Assembly (NCBI GenBank): GCA_016794365.1
Contig: JAEUKB010000060.1
Span: 30,613-94,612 of the forward strand
Length of the DNA: 64,000 bases
Origin: Myxococcales bacterium
Lineage (GTDB): Bacteria > Myxococcota_A > Polyangia > Palsa-1104 > JAEUJZ01
Reading direction: 5' to 3'
The notes beneath the pieces were generated by a model. That model was not told the origin of the DNA. It did no database searches and saw only the letters and a program-made list of their open reading frames with translations. How positions within the stretch are numbered: the first letter of the stretch is position 1; each line of letters begins with the position of its first letter. The translations under genes were made by a program, and so were the position numbers. Positions 28,856-38,332 of the stretch are shown one piece after another.

Positions 28856-31192
28856 TTACTGCCTGGCCAGCAGCACGCCGCCACGCGCTGGCACCGTAAC
28901 GGTCAGCCGACCGCCCGCAGCAGGCACGGTATAGGTTGCGTCGCTCAGCAGATCTTTGACCGTCGATCCTGCGGCCCAGCCAAGCGCGCTGGGAACCGGA
29001 ACCGACGCCGAGGTCTGATAGGACAAGCGATTTAACACCACCAGCGCACCGTGGGTGGGATCGTCATCGGGCCGCGCATAGGCATAGACATCTTCACCAA
29101 GCAGCGCTGTGACCAGCTTGTCGCGTCGCAGCCCGCGCAGCTTCTGTCTGGCTTGCAGCAGCTTCTGGGTCCGTGACAGCTGGTTCTTTTCGCGCGTCGC
29201 AAGCTGTCCGCCGAGCCGCATCATGTGACGGTTGTCGGGATCTCCGCCGCCAAACTCACCGTATTCGTCGCCGTAATACAGAAGGGGCATGCCCGGCATC
29301 GTAAAGACCGCCAGCGTCCCGAGCCACTGACGATCGTAGGGCTCATCGTCGGACGGCGGCTGCGGGAGCTTGTCCCACTTGTTGTTGGCGATGTTGCGGT
29401 CTGCGGCGGAGCCTGGGCTTGGATCGCGATACGTTGCCATCGATACAAAGCGCGACGTGTCATGGCTGCCGAGATAGTTCACCATCGTGCTGCCGCGAAA
29501 CTGATCGAGGCTGGCATGCGTCCAGTAATCAAGGTGTAAGAACCGCTTTTCGTCGTAGGCAAAGATTCGATAGGCGTTGGCGTGATGCCAGACGAAGTCG
29601 AACTGGCCATCGAGTCCGCTGGGGCCCATGTAGCGCTTGATGGTGTCGTATTCGCTCTGGTTGGCGGCCACGTCTCCATCGCGCCAGCCCATCGCCGTTT
29701 CACCGAGCAGGTAGTAGCGAGTGCCTGCTTGCTCAAAGCGCTCGCGCACCCGGGCGGTCAGGTTGAAGATCGCGGCGTCTTCGACATGCTTGACCGCATC
29801 GACGCGCAGTCCGTCGAGGTTAAAGTGTTCCAGCCACCACAGCGTGTCGCTGATGAACTGCTCGGAGGCTTCCGTCTGGGTCCAGTCGATGTCGGGCATA
29901 TACGACGCAAACAGGCAGGACAAGCGCTTGTCGGTCCAGTCGCAGCCCGGCGAACCGCAGATGCAGCCCGTGCGGAACCAGCTTCGCTTTTGCGGATCTT
30001 GGAAGTATTCGTGCTGATCGTGAACGTGGTTTAAGACCGCATCCATCAGCACTCGGATGCCGCGACGGTGTGCGGCTTGGACCAGGCGCTGGAGCGCTTC
30101 ATCGCCGCCCAGTCGTTCATCGACCGAGCGCGGACGCACCGGCCAGTAGCCGTGATACGCGGTGACGTTGTACTTGCCGCTCTGATCGGGATGCGCCGTC
30201 GAGGGCTGGGTATAAAACGGACTCATCCAGATGGCGCGAATGCCGAGCTGATCGAAGTAGCCCAGCTCGATCATCTGGGTGATGCCCTGGAGATCTCCGC
30301 CGCGAAAGTTGGCCGCAGGCACGACCGCCGGGAGCGCGCCTGGGTTTTTGCTATCGCCATCGACAAAGCGATCGATCATCGCCATGTACAGCGGCGTATC
30401 GGACCAGCGGAATGGCTCGGGCTCGATCCAAAACGGCAGAATCAGCGGCTCGCCATCTTGTCCGCCCGCGTTGCCGGTCAGCGTGATCTGGTATTTGCCG
30501 TCGGTCAGGTTGCGCAGGTGCAGCTCGGCGCTCTGACGATCTGGGGCCATCTTTAGCTCCAGCGACGAAAGCTGCGGCAAAGATGCGAGCGGATCAGAAT
30601 CGGGGCGACGAATCAGCGAGCGCAGCTGACACAGTCCCGGCGTCGCGGCTCCACTTGGCGATTGGACCGAGATTGTGGCTTGTAGCTCTCCCTGACCGGG
30701 CGCGCTGCGGGTGACCTTCAGCGATCCCGGCTTCACAGACAGTCCGACGCGAAAACAGTTGGCGACGCGCAGGCCAGAGTTTTCCGTGCCGCCGACATAC
30801 TTGCGATAGGGATTGCTGGCATCGAGCTGCCAGTTGGTTCCGTCTTCGACGAGCTTGTAGCCGTGGACTCCAGGCGGAAGCTGCAAGCTGATGGTGTAGG
30901 CACCGCTGCCGTCGGGACCGCTCAGGACTTGGGTCGTGGTGTTCCAGCCGTTCCATTCACCGGCAATGGCGACGGACTTGATGGCGCGCGTCGGGATGTA
31001 GCGAATGCTGACCGGGCAGGTGGCATCGGCTCCGGGCGCGGGCAGCGCTTTGCACGGTCCTTCGCCGGGAAGCACATCGCCCAGGTCGCCATCCCCGGTT
31101 CCCATGTCGGGGTCTTTTTCGCTGGGTGACGAGCAGGCCAGAAACAAAAGGGCTGAGGCGGCCACAGGCAAGCGAGCGGTTCGGATCATCAT
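28856..31192 (-). CDS. Alpha-amylase family glycoside hydrolase (GH13) lipoprotein with N-terminal beta-sandwich (CBM/E-set) domains
   Basis: 778 aa. Lipobox 'LLFLACSSP'. GH13 regions I-IV: 'GIRVLMDAVLNHV', 'GLRVDAVKHV', 'YLLGETAMGW', 'NYLGSHDTSRF'. Region 'IRAIWMSPFY'. Confidence 0.85.
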   Translation of the reverse strand: MMIRTARLPVAASALLFLACSSPSEKDPDMGTGDGDLGDVLPGEGPCKALPAPGADATCPVSIRYIPTRAIKSVAIAGEWNGWNTTTQVLSGPDGSGAYTISLQLPPGVHGYKLVEDGTNWQLDASNPYRKYVGGTENSGLRVANCFRVGLSVKPGSLKVTRSAPGQGELQATISVQSPSGAATPGLCQLRSLIRRPDSDPLASLPQLSSLELKMAPDRQSAELHLRNLTDGKYQITLTGNAGGQDGEPLILPFWIEPEPFRWSDTPLYMAMIDRFVDGDSKNPGALPAVVPAANFRGGDLQGITQMIELGYFDQLGIRAIWMSPFYTQPSTAHPDQSGKYNVTAYHGYWPVRPRSVDERLGGDEALQRLVQAAHRRGIRVLMDAVLNHVHDQHEYFQDPQKRSWFRTGCICGSPGCDWTDKRLSCLFASYMPDIDWTQTEASEQFISDTLWWLEHFNLDGLRVDAVKHVEDAAIFNLTARVRERFEQAGTRYYLLGETAMGWRDGDVAANQSEYDTIKRYMGPSGLDGQFDFVWHHANAYRIFAYDEKRFLHLDYWTHASLDQFRGSTMVNYLGSHDTSRFVSMATYRDPSPGSAADRNIANNKWDKLPQPPSDDEPYDRQWLGTLAVFTMPGMPLLYYGDEYGEFGGGDPDNRHMMRLGGQLATREKNQLSRTQKLLQARQKLRGLRRDKLVTALLGEDVYAYARPDDDPTHGALVVLNRLSYQTSASVPVPSALGWAAGSTVKDLLSDATYTVPAAGGRLTVTVPARGGVLLARQ

Positions 31193-31225
31193 GAGCGGGC
31201 TTCCTTGGCGTTGGGCCCTGCGCGG

Positions 31226-34009
31226 CTAGCGCGGCGGGGCAGGGTTTTGACCAGGACTGGGTCGATTCTGCGTTGGCACTTGAGGGTTTTGCGTCGGCTG
31301 CTCAGTCGGATTGTGCGGTGCTGCTGGCTGACCACTTGGCTGCGCGGCCTTTTCGGGCTGGGCGTAACCCCAGTCGCGCATGACGGTGGCCACCTCGCTC
31401 TGGGTCGATCCGCCGCCGCGTGACAAGCTGGTCGCGATGGCGCCGGGACTGGGCTGATCGCGCCACAAAAGGACATCTCCACGCTCACCGAGCACGGGCG
31501 GATAGGCCGCAAACAGCCGACCCAGGATCGAACCCTGGAGCGTCAGCGTGAGCAGCTCTGGACCATCGGGCGGATTCGCGTCGGGCGGTCCGTCTTGGAT
31601 GCCCGGCTGGCTGCCACTTGGCGGACCATGCGCAAGCAGCGGCAAGCTGTACGGTCCAATCAGAAGCTGCTCTTTGGCCAGCGGCAGTCCATCGAGGGTG
31701 AGCTGTAGCTCTAGCTTGGCATCGGGATCGATATGAACGTCGAGCTGTCCACCGGGTCGCAGCAGCACTTCCAGCTGACCGGGACGCAGCGGGGTGACTT
31801 CGCCATCGCGAACGCCCGCCACCGCAAGCTGCAAGTCATTCGACAGGAGCATGCCGTGAAGCTGCCGACTCGTCGGGCTCGGTGCGAGTGCCAGGTGCGT
31901 CACCGGCATCTTGGCATCGGGCAGCCTGGGCGCATGGCGCGTAAACAGCTCGCGCATGGTTCGCAGCTGCGCTTCGGTCTTCTGCGACCTCGGGCTGAGC
32001 AGCAGGTTGCGGTGCTGCTGCGGATCGCTCGTCAGGTCGTACAGCTCTTCGGGCATCTGAAACAGCGCGCTGGCTGATTCGATCGGCTTTAAGCGCGGAT
32101 CGCTGCGACGCAGATACAAGTGGCCCATGGCTCGCAGCGCACGGACGTTCTGTCCTTCGACAAACGCGGGTCGCTCGGTCGCTTCTTTTTCACCTTGCAT
32201 CAGCGGAAGCAGGCTCTGGCCTTGGGCAAGCTGACCGCTTGGTAGCTGCGGACGCTTGTCCCACAGCCCGAGCGTCTCTAGCACCGTCGGAGCCACGTCA
32301 AACAGGCGCACTTGGCTGGTGACCGTGACGGCGGAAGGCAGTCGGCCCGGCATCGCCAGGATCATCGGCACCCGCAAGATCTCGTCGTAGGCGGACCAGC
32401 CGTGGTGATACAGCGTCGGCTGCTTGAGCGCGAGCACGTAGTGGCTGTGATGGATGTCGAAGACCTCTCCATGATCACCGACGATGACCACCAGCGTGCG
32501 CGAACCCAGTCTGAGTCGCTCGACTTCAGCGAGCACCTGCGCAATCTGTGCATCGGCGTACGCAGCTTCGGCCAGATACGACTTTGCGCTGGGCTCCGAG
32601 GGTGAAGGCGATCCGCTTGGGCTGCGTCCGGCCATGCTCGCGGCTTGTTCGCTCGAAGCCTTCGGCAAAAATGCGGGCGGCGGTGAGTACGGCCAGTGCG
32701 GCGCGTCGTAGTGAAGCTGCAAAAAGAACGAGCGCTCGCGGTTTTCCTGTAGGTACTTCAGTGCGGCGCGCGTAATCGCAGGCGAGTCGAGCACCGGATG
32801 TCGCACGTCCGCAACCTCATCAAAGCCGAGCGACAGCCCAATCTGCGGATAACCGAGCAAAAAGAAGTTGTTGCCGATGGCCGTAACCTTCATGCCCGCT
32901 TCACGCAGCACGCGCGGCAGCAGCTTGCGATCGAGCGCATAAAAGCGCTGTCGGTCGCGCTCTTTGGGGATCATGTCTTCGGCGTTCTGTCCCACGGCGG
33001 ATGGCAGGTCGCCACCGAGCAGCGCGAGCAGCGCCGGACGAGTCCAAGTGGCTGCCGTGATGGCCTGGTCAAAGCGCGTGCCTGTTTGCGCAAACTTTTG
33101 AACCTCTGGCATCGCGGACAGCGCATCGGCACGCAGGGTATCGACGATGATCAGCAGCACATTCGGAGTGGCCGCGCCATCGCCTTGGGCCCAGAGTTCG
33201 GGATTGCCAATCACCGGCACACCCACGGGCACTCCGTCACTTTGTGCGCACAGCGACAGCTCATGCTGGGTCGCAGCGGGCTCTTTGTCGAAGTGAGGCA
33301 GCGCGATGTCCGACTTTTGCCAGCGATTGAGCGTCGCCTGTTTTTCGGTAAACAGCGTCTGACCATCGAGCTGAAGGGTGAGCTGGACGGGCGCTTTGCC
33401 GGGCTCTGACTTCTTGGGCAAAAGCGCGGTATGCAGGCTCAGCAGGCTCTTGCGAGGCAGCGCGGTCCGAAACCGATAACAACCCGTCGCAGGCAACAGC
33501 AGCGAGAGCTTGGACTCATAGACGCCCCGATAGCGATTCCAGACCGGATCAAAGCGAGGCGGCGCGATCGTATCTTTCGCTGGCTCGGGATAGGTTTCGA
33601 CGTTGGGAAGCCCGATCGCCACTTCCAGCACGCGCAGTGCGGTGTCGCCACGCAGGCCACTATACGGACTGACAAGCTTATATGGCGTATCCAAGCTGGC
33701 CAGCACGGGTGACAGGCTGGGTCCGTTCCAGGTGGCCAGGCCCGCTGCATCGGTCAGACGCATAAACAGCTTGTCCCCGGAAAGCGGCTGAAGTGGCGGC
33801 AGCCTGGGCGCTTCGAGCTTGGGCTTGGACTTGGGCTCTTTGCTGGGCTCCGGTCCGCTGAGCGTCGATGGCGGAGGCGATGGTTGATTGCAGCCCGCCG
33901 CGCCCAGCGTTAGACAGCACAGCGCCGCAAGCGAAGACCTGACGAGCGAGCGATGCGGCTGGGGAACAGGCCATTTAACCGACGACATGACGACGGCGGA
34001 TTGTTTCAC
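31226..34009 (-). CDS. Sulfatase-fold (alkaline-phosphatase superfamily) hydrolase/transferase with Thr in the nucleophile position, secreted lipoprotein
   Basis: 927 aa. Lipobox 'TLGAAGCNQP'. Sulfatase N-domain 'VLLIIVDTLRADAL'. The position aligned to the C-x-P-x-R FGly motif reads 'ATWTRPALLALLGG' (Thr where the Cys would be), so it is not FGE-dependent. Long C-terminal extension of ~400 aa. Confidence 0.7.
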   Translation of the reverse strand: MKQSAVVMSSVKWPVPQPHRSLVRSSLAALCCLTLGAAGCNQPSPPPSTLSGPEPSKEPKSKPKLEAPRLPPLQPLSGDKLFMRLTDAAGLATWNGPSLSPVLASLDTPYKLVSPYSGLRGDTALRVLEVAIGLPNVETYPEPAKDTIAPPRFDPVWNRYRGVYESKLSLLLPATGCYRFRTALPRKSLLSLHTALLPKKSEPGKAPVQLTLQLDGQTLFTEKQATLNRWQKSDIALPHFDKEPAATQHELSLCAQSDGVPVGVPVIGNPELWAQGDGAATPNVLLIIVDTLRADALSAMPEVQKFAQTGTRFDQAITAATWTRPALLALLGGDLPSAVGQNAEDMIPKERDRQRFYALDRKLLPRVLREAGMKVTAIGNNFFLLGYPQIGLSLGFDEVADVRHPVLDSPAITRAALKYLQENRERSFFLQLHYDAPHWPYSPPPAFLPKASSEQAASMAGRSPSGSPSPSEPSAKSYLAEAAYADAQIAQVLAEVERLRLGSRTLVVIVGDHGEVFDIHHSHYVLALKQPTLYHHGWSAYDEILRVPMILAMPGRLPSAVTVTSQVRLFDVAPTVLETLGLWDKRPQLPSGQLAQGQSLLPLMQGEKEATERPAFVEGQNVRALRAMGHLYLRRSDPRLKPIESASALFQMPEELYDLTSDPQQHRNLLLSPRSQKTEAQLRTMRELFTRHAPRLPDAKMPVTHLALAPSPTSRQLHGMLLSNDLQLAVAGVRDGEVTPLRPGQLEVLLRPGGQLDVHIDPDAKLELQLTLDGLPLAKEQLLIGPYSLPLLAHGPPSGSQPGIQDGPPDANPPDGPELLTLTLQGSILGRLFAAYPPVLGERGDVLLWRDQPSPGAIATSLSRGGGSTQSEVATVMRDWGYAQPEKAAQPSGQPAAPHNPTEQPTQNPQVPTQNRPSPGQNPAPPR

Positions 34010-34060
34010 AGAAATTGAGAAGCTGGTTGCGCAAAATGCGCAGGCTGTGGGGCCGGTCCG

Positions 34061-34996
34061 TTACAGGCGAGGCAGTCGGCTACCGAACGAAAACTCAGCA
34101 GGAACGCCGCCGCCGGTGCCGTGACGATAGACCAAGCGGAACTCAAAGCCGGTGAAGCTGCCGGGCAGGTCGAGGTCTACTTGCCAGCGCTCGAAGTCTT
34201 GATCGATGTCGTTTTTCCAGTAGAGCAGGTTGGGCGAACCGGCTGCGCCCATGGGAAGCTCGCGAGAGGTCACCCAGTTGTCGGTGCTGTAGATCAGCTT
34301 GAGCGCTTTGGTGAAGTCGAGATCTTGCACCACGAACACGAGCGGGCCGTGGACGCCGGTTGCATCAAAGCGCGCGGTGCTGGCCGCGTAGTCCTGCGCC
34401 ACCGTTTGCCAGTCCACGTCGCGCCAGGCAATCGCGTAGCGCTGACCGCCGTTGTCGTCGTAGAAGGTGCCGCCTGCGCCGTTTTCATACCAAGCGGTAA
34501 ACAGGAAGGTGCCTCGGAACGCATCGCTCTTCACCGGGACATGCCATTCTTCGTAGCCATCGCCGTGGGTGGCAAAGTAGCTGCCGACGGCGGTGACGGG
34601 ATCGGCGCGGCCAATCTCTCGGAAGACGACGCCGACCTTTTTCTTGGACAGATCCGCACCGACGGTTGGCTTGACGCGCAGCTTGATGAACACCGTAATC
34701 GAGCGGCAGCCAAAGCGGCTGTTGCAGGAAGACAGATCGCGCCAGTACTCCTTGTAGAAGTGAACCTGCGCGGTGTCGCGGATGCCGCTGCGCTGGACCC
34801 AGTCGTCCTGACCGTAGGCGATGACACCTTGCGAAACGGAATCGACGGCGGGTGCGGCTGGATCGCAGGCTGGCACCAGGGATGACACCGCTGCGAGCAG
34901 CGAGCCAACGGCCACGGTGCGGGTCGAAGGGACAGAGCCAGAAGTGAGAAGCGCTTCCAGCGACTGAGACAGGGTTCGGCGGGGCTGACTTGTCAT
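34061..34996 (-). CDS. Secreted lipoprotein with two CBM21-like (starch/glycogen-binding) repeats
   Basis: 311 aa. Lipobox 'SLVPACD'. Two repeats with the CBM21 signature 'V.F(Y)KE...W(R)...' and 'LKLIYSTDNWVTS...FERWQVDLDL...FEFRLVYRH'; compare CBM21 'vrytlDnWkt'. Heads the minus-strand operon that includes the GH13 gene. Confidence 0.45.
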   Translation of the reverse strand: MTSQPRRTLSQSLEALLTSGSVPSTRTVAVGSLLAAVSSLVPACDPAAPAVDSVSQGVIAYGQDDWVQRSGIRDTAQVHFYKEYWRDLSSCNSRFGCRSITVFIKLRVKPTVGADLSKKKVGVVFREIGRADPVTAVGSYFATHGDGYEEWHVPVKSDAFRGTFLFTAWYENGAGGTFYDDNGGQRYAIAWRDVDWQTVAQDYAASTARFDATGVHGPLVFVVQDLDFTKALKLIYSTDNWVTSRELPMGAAGSPNLLYWKNDIDQDFERWQVDLDLPGSFTGFEFRLVYRHGTGGGVPAEFSFGSRLPRL

Positions 34997-35181
34997 GGCG
35001 GGACCTCGGGATGGTGATGAGTCGTCGCGGCCTCGGACAAGCGGCGTAGAACGGTCGTTTGTCCGGGAAATGCATGGCGCGCGGCTGCGACTGTCGGCGT
35101 TCTATAGCAGCTTGAGGTGACGCGCAAGCCGGGCGCAGCGTGCGATGCTGCCGATGTTGCGCGTCGCTCGGTGACTGAGCG

Positions 35182-35787
35182 GTGATTCGCGGTCCCATCT
35201 GCGGTACGCTCTTGGGTGGCATGCGCTTACGACTGGCAGTAAGGGAACCGGCGGCTGATCCAGTGAGTGAAGCAGCCGATGCAGTGACCGAGCAGGCTGT
35301 GCTCCCGGCGGATCTGGCGCAGCGTCTGCTTGCGCTGACCGGCGGCTTTGAGCTGGTCGATGAGCAAGAAGGCATGCGGGTTTTCGTGGCGCAGAAAGCC
35401 AAGCTGGAGCTGCGGATCGGACCGTTGCTTTTGCGACCGGCGGCGGAAGACGATGGACGACTGCGTGAGCTGCTCGGACATGGGCTGTCGTTGTCGCAGC
35501 GGCTGCACATCTTGTCGGATCGGCGAGGACCGAGCGAAGTGGGCTGGCCTCTGCGCATCGTCCACGCGACGGTGGTGTCAGGCGCAGGCTGGAGCGGCGG
35601 TGAAACCGAGCATCGCCTGGTCGCCAGCTATCGCTTTTTTGAACACAAAGGGGACGCGCTGCTGAAGGTCGGCAACAAGCACTTGTTTGACACACATCGC
35701 GATGAATTGTTGGCTTTATTACGAAGCGGTTGGCCGATGTGGTCTGTGCCCGCTGGTGTCGCTGTCTTGTCGGAGCTGTGGCAATAG
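35182..35787 (+). CDS. Hypothetical protein
   Basis: 201 aa, divergent from the CBM21 gene. Its composition is more protein-like than the overlapping Arg/Ser-rich minus-strand ORFs (34485-35558, 35102-35800). Confidence 0.35.
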   Translation: MIRGPICGTLLGGMRLRLAVREPAADPVSEAADAVTEQAVLPADLAQRLLALTGGFELVDEQEGMRVFVAQKAKLELRIGPLLLRPAAEDDGRLRELLGHGLSLSQRLHILSDRRGPSEVGWPLRIVHATVVSGAGWSGGETEHRLVASYRFFEHKGDALLKVGNKHLFDTHRDELLALLRSGWPMWSVPAGVAVLSELWQ

Positions 35788-35841
35788 CTCCGTATTTCAT
35801 CCCTCTTCCGTCCGGGGCCTGCCTTTCTCTATGATTATGAA

Positions 35842-36204
35842 ATGTTTTTCAGAACACATTTATTTGCTCTGTCTGTGGTCCTGCTGGCTCCTGGCTGTTT
35901 GCTGCGTGGCAACACGGTCGTGGAGCGCTTCGCTGGCGAGTTCAAGTGCGGCAAAGACCGCGTGACGCTCGAAAGACCTGACAAAAACCGTCCTGACTTC
36001 TTCCGCGCCACCGGCTGTAACCGGCGTGCCAACTATCAGTGCAGCGGCGACTACGGCGAGTTCTGCGAGCGCATCGGCCAGCCCGAGACGATCAATCCCG
36101 AAGGTGGTGCGCTGCCTTCGATGCCGTCGCTGCCGAATCCTGATGCTCCCACTTCGTCCAGCCCGCCCAAGGACAAGCCGGAAGCGGCTCCAACGGCTCC
36201 TTAA
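35842..36204 (+). CDS. Small Cys-containing secreted lipoprotein
   Basis: 'MFFRTHLFALSVVLLAPGCLL' signal plus lipobox. Six further Cys. Pro/Ser-rich tail. Lower-GC signal-peptide codons. Confidence 0.45.
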   Translation: MFFRTHLFALSVVLLAPGCLLRGNTVVERFAGEFKCGKDRVTLERPDKNRPDFFRATGCNRRANYQCSGDYGEFCERIGQPETINPEGGALPSMPSLPNPDAPTSSSPPKDKPEAAPTAP

Positions 36205-36273
36205 TCAGTTGATCGCGCCCTAATCAGTCGATCGAGCCCTGGGTTTTTCCGTCGCGCGCGATTCGGCGCAGCG

Positions 36274-36729
36274 TCAGACCGGGGCGCGGATGATCAGGCA
36301 GACTTCTTCTTCGGTCTGGGTGAGCGCTAGCTCGGCGGCGGCTTCGTGACGAAGTCGGCACAGTCCCGAGATCGCGATTCCATCGATGTTGGCCTTGGCC
36401 AAGCTGCGGGCATACGCGTCGCGGGCTTCGCCCTGGCTGACTTCCGATACGATGGCTTGCAGCGTCTCTCTTTGCTTGAGCGTGGCGGCGCTGGTCACGC
36501 TGACTTCGGTAAACGTACCGAGCAGTCGCAGATCAAAGCGTGCCCACTGCGCGGATGCGCCTTTGGCTGCGACTTCCAGAAGCTCTGCCGAGGCCATCGC
36601 GATGTGCTCGGCGTACTCAGGACGCAGCGACATGCCGACGCAGAAGTCTCGGACAAAGCGTCGCAGGTTGCGAACCTGAAGAAACAGGGGCACCAGCTCG
36701 ACGTGGATCCACGGAAGATGGCGTGACAT
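36274..36729 (-). CDS. Hypothetical small protein, possibly a degenerate RsbW/SpoIIAB-like anti-sigma fold
   Basis: 151 aa, probably starting at 'MSLRPEYAEH'. It lies 25 bp downstream of the second PP2C gene on the same strand. N-terminal 'RPEYAEHIAMASAELLEVAAKG' resembles the N-helix of GHKL anti-sigma kinases, but the N, G1 and G2 boxes are not convincing. Confidence 0.4.
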   Translation of the reverse strand: MSRHLPWIHVELVPLFLQVRNLRRFVRDFCVGMSLRPEYAEHIAMASAELLEVAAKGASAQWARFDLRLLGTFTEVSVTSAATLKQRETLQAIVSEVSQGEARDAYARSLAKANIDGIAISGLCRLRHEAAAELALTQTEEEVCLIIRAPV

Positions 36730-36754
36730 GGCGATGGGCTCTCAGCTCGTGGGT

Positions 36755-38329
36755 TTACGCTCCAACGTAGGACGGCGAGCCGTGACGCGCCACCACGAGC
36801 GTCTGATCGTCTTCTAGCTCTGCCGATCCGACAAAGCGCGAGACTTCGCCGATCAGCATCTCGCAGATTTCTTCGACGTTGCGGTTGGCGCCGCGCTGGA
36901 CGGTGTGACGGACGCGCTTGTCGCCGAACTGATCGCCGTTGCCGTTCTGGGCTTCGATGAGTCCGTCTGTGTAGCAGATCAAGATGTCGCCGGGCTCAAA
37001 CGGCTGGGTGTTGGCGACGAACTTGGCGGTATCGCTCGAACCAAGTGGCGAGCCCGCAGCGACGAGCGGAATAAACGGCTTGGTGGTTTCTCGATGACGA
37101 AACAGCAGCGGGAAGGCGTGGGCACCACTGGCGAAAGTGATCTGACATTCCTTGATGTCGATGATGGCGGCAAAGCAGCTCATCGTGAACTTGCCGCGCA
37201 TCGTGGCGGCAATCGCGTGGTTGAGTCGCTGGAGCAGCAGCTCGGGGCGGAGCTTCGGACCTTGCTCTTCGTGCAGGTTCTGCGCACAGCCATAGGCCAT
37301 CGCACCCACGACTGCCGAGCCGATGCCGTGTCCAACAACATCAGCCATGACCAGCATCGTGCGGTGCTCATCAAGCGGATAGTAGTGCCACCAGTCTCCC
37401 GACAGCTTGCTGGCGCTGCGATACACCCCACAGAGCTGGAGCGCGCCGCGAGAGATGCGTCGCACATCCGGCATCAGCGTCTGCTGAACGATCTGGGCAT
37501 CTTGAAGCTCTTGCGCCATGCGCGAGGTGTGCGCGGTGCCTTCGAGCTGCGCTTGCTGAAGGAGCTGCGCTTGGTCAGCCATCATGTTCAGTCGCTCGGC
37601 AATCGCCGCAAACGCGGGCACTTCCACTGGCGTCAGACGTGTCTCGAAGTGACCCATCGCCATCTGCTCCGCGACTTCTTGGACCACCATCGCTTGCTTT
37701 TCGCGCTTGCGATCCCCGAGCACCCACATCGCGAGCGCCACACCGACACCCAAGATGCCGAGCCCGATCGTCAGCCAGACCGGAATCCGCTGCGGCTGCA
37801 CGGTGGTCACCACTTTGCCAAGTCCATCTTCGATTTCAGCGGTGGTTAGCTCGACGTAAAGAAGGCCTTTGCTGCCCGGCTGTCCCGTCACAGGAACCGC
37901 CAGCACGACGCGCTGCTGTTGCGGCGAGGCTTCGACCTTGCGAACAAAGCCTTCCCCGACCGCTTTGCGCAGCAGCTCTTCGGCATGACCGACGAGTGGC
38001 TTTCCGGCGCGTGGCTTTTCCGAAGACGCCACCACGGTCAGGTCATGATCGACGACACCGATTTCAACCAGGTCCGGGTCGCTCTGGGCTGCGCTGTCTA
38101 GCTCGGCTTGCAGCTTGGTCAGGTCGCCTTCCGCCATCGCTGCGCTGATGCGCTGTCCGAGCTTTTCCGCTCGCTTTTGCGATCGCAAGTACACCGACTC
38201 AATCGCCACCTTCTGCGCAACGATCTGGGCGCGCCGCGCTGGGCTGTCGGTGATGCTCAGCATGAGCTGAAGTAGTAGGCACAAGATGCCTCCCGAGGCG
38301 ATGAGAAGCGGAATCCGTTGCTCGGACAT
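36755..38329 (-). CDS. Membrane sensor PP2C-family Ser/Thr phosphatase (TM, periplasmic domain, TM, HAMP, SpoIIE/PP2C)
   Basis: 524 aa. TM1 'IPLLIASGGILCLLLQLMLSI'. TM2 'WLTIGLGILGVGVALAMWVL' followed by a HAMP-like helix. PP2C/SpoIIE core 'SGDWWHYYPLDEHRTMLVMADVVGHGIGSAVVGAM', 'ILICYTDGLIEAQ'. Confidence 0.85.
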   Translation of the reverse strand: MSEQRIPLLIASGGILCLLLQLMLSITDSPARRAQIVAQKVAIESVYLRSQKRAEKLGQRISAAMAEGDLTKLQAELDSAAQSDPDLVEIGVVDHDLTVVASSEKPRAGKPLVGHAEELLRKAVGEGFVRKVEASPQQQRVVLAVPVTGQPGSKGLLYVELTTAEIEDGLGKVVTTVQPQRIPVWLTIGLGILGVGVALAMWVLGDRKREKQAMVVQEVAEQMAMGHFETRLTPVEVPAFAAIAERLNMMADQAQLLQQAQLEGTAHTSRMAQELQDAQIVQQTLMPDVRRISRGALQLCGVYRSASKLSGDWWHYYPLDEHRTMLVMADVVGHGIGSAVVGAMAYGCAQNLHEEQGPKLRPELLLQRLNHAIAATMRGKFTMSCFAAIIDIKECQITFASGAHAFPLLFRHRETTKPFIPLVAAGSPLGSSDTAKFVANTQPFEPGDILICYTDGLIEAQNGNGDQFGDKRVRHTVQRGANRNVEEICEMLIGEVSRFVGSAELEDDQTLVVARHGSPSYVGA

Positions 38330-38332
38330 GTC

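Noticed and set aside
34485-35800. Minus-strand ORFs of 357 aa and 232 aa
   Set aside because: Extremely Arg/Ser/Pro/Cys-rich nonsense. They overlap the CBM21 gene and the more protein-like plus-strand ORF 35182-35787.
36346-36726. 126-aa plus-strand ORF opposite the small RsbW-like gene
   Set aside because: Less protein-like composition than the minus-strand frame, which is operonically placed 25 bp after the phosphatase gene.
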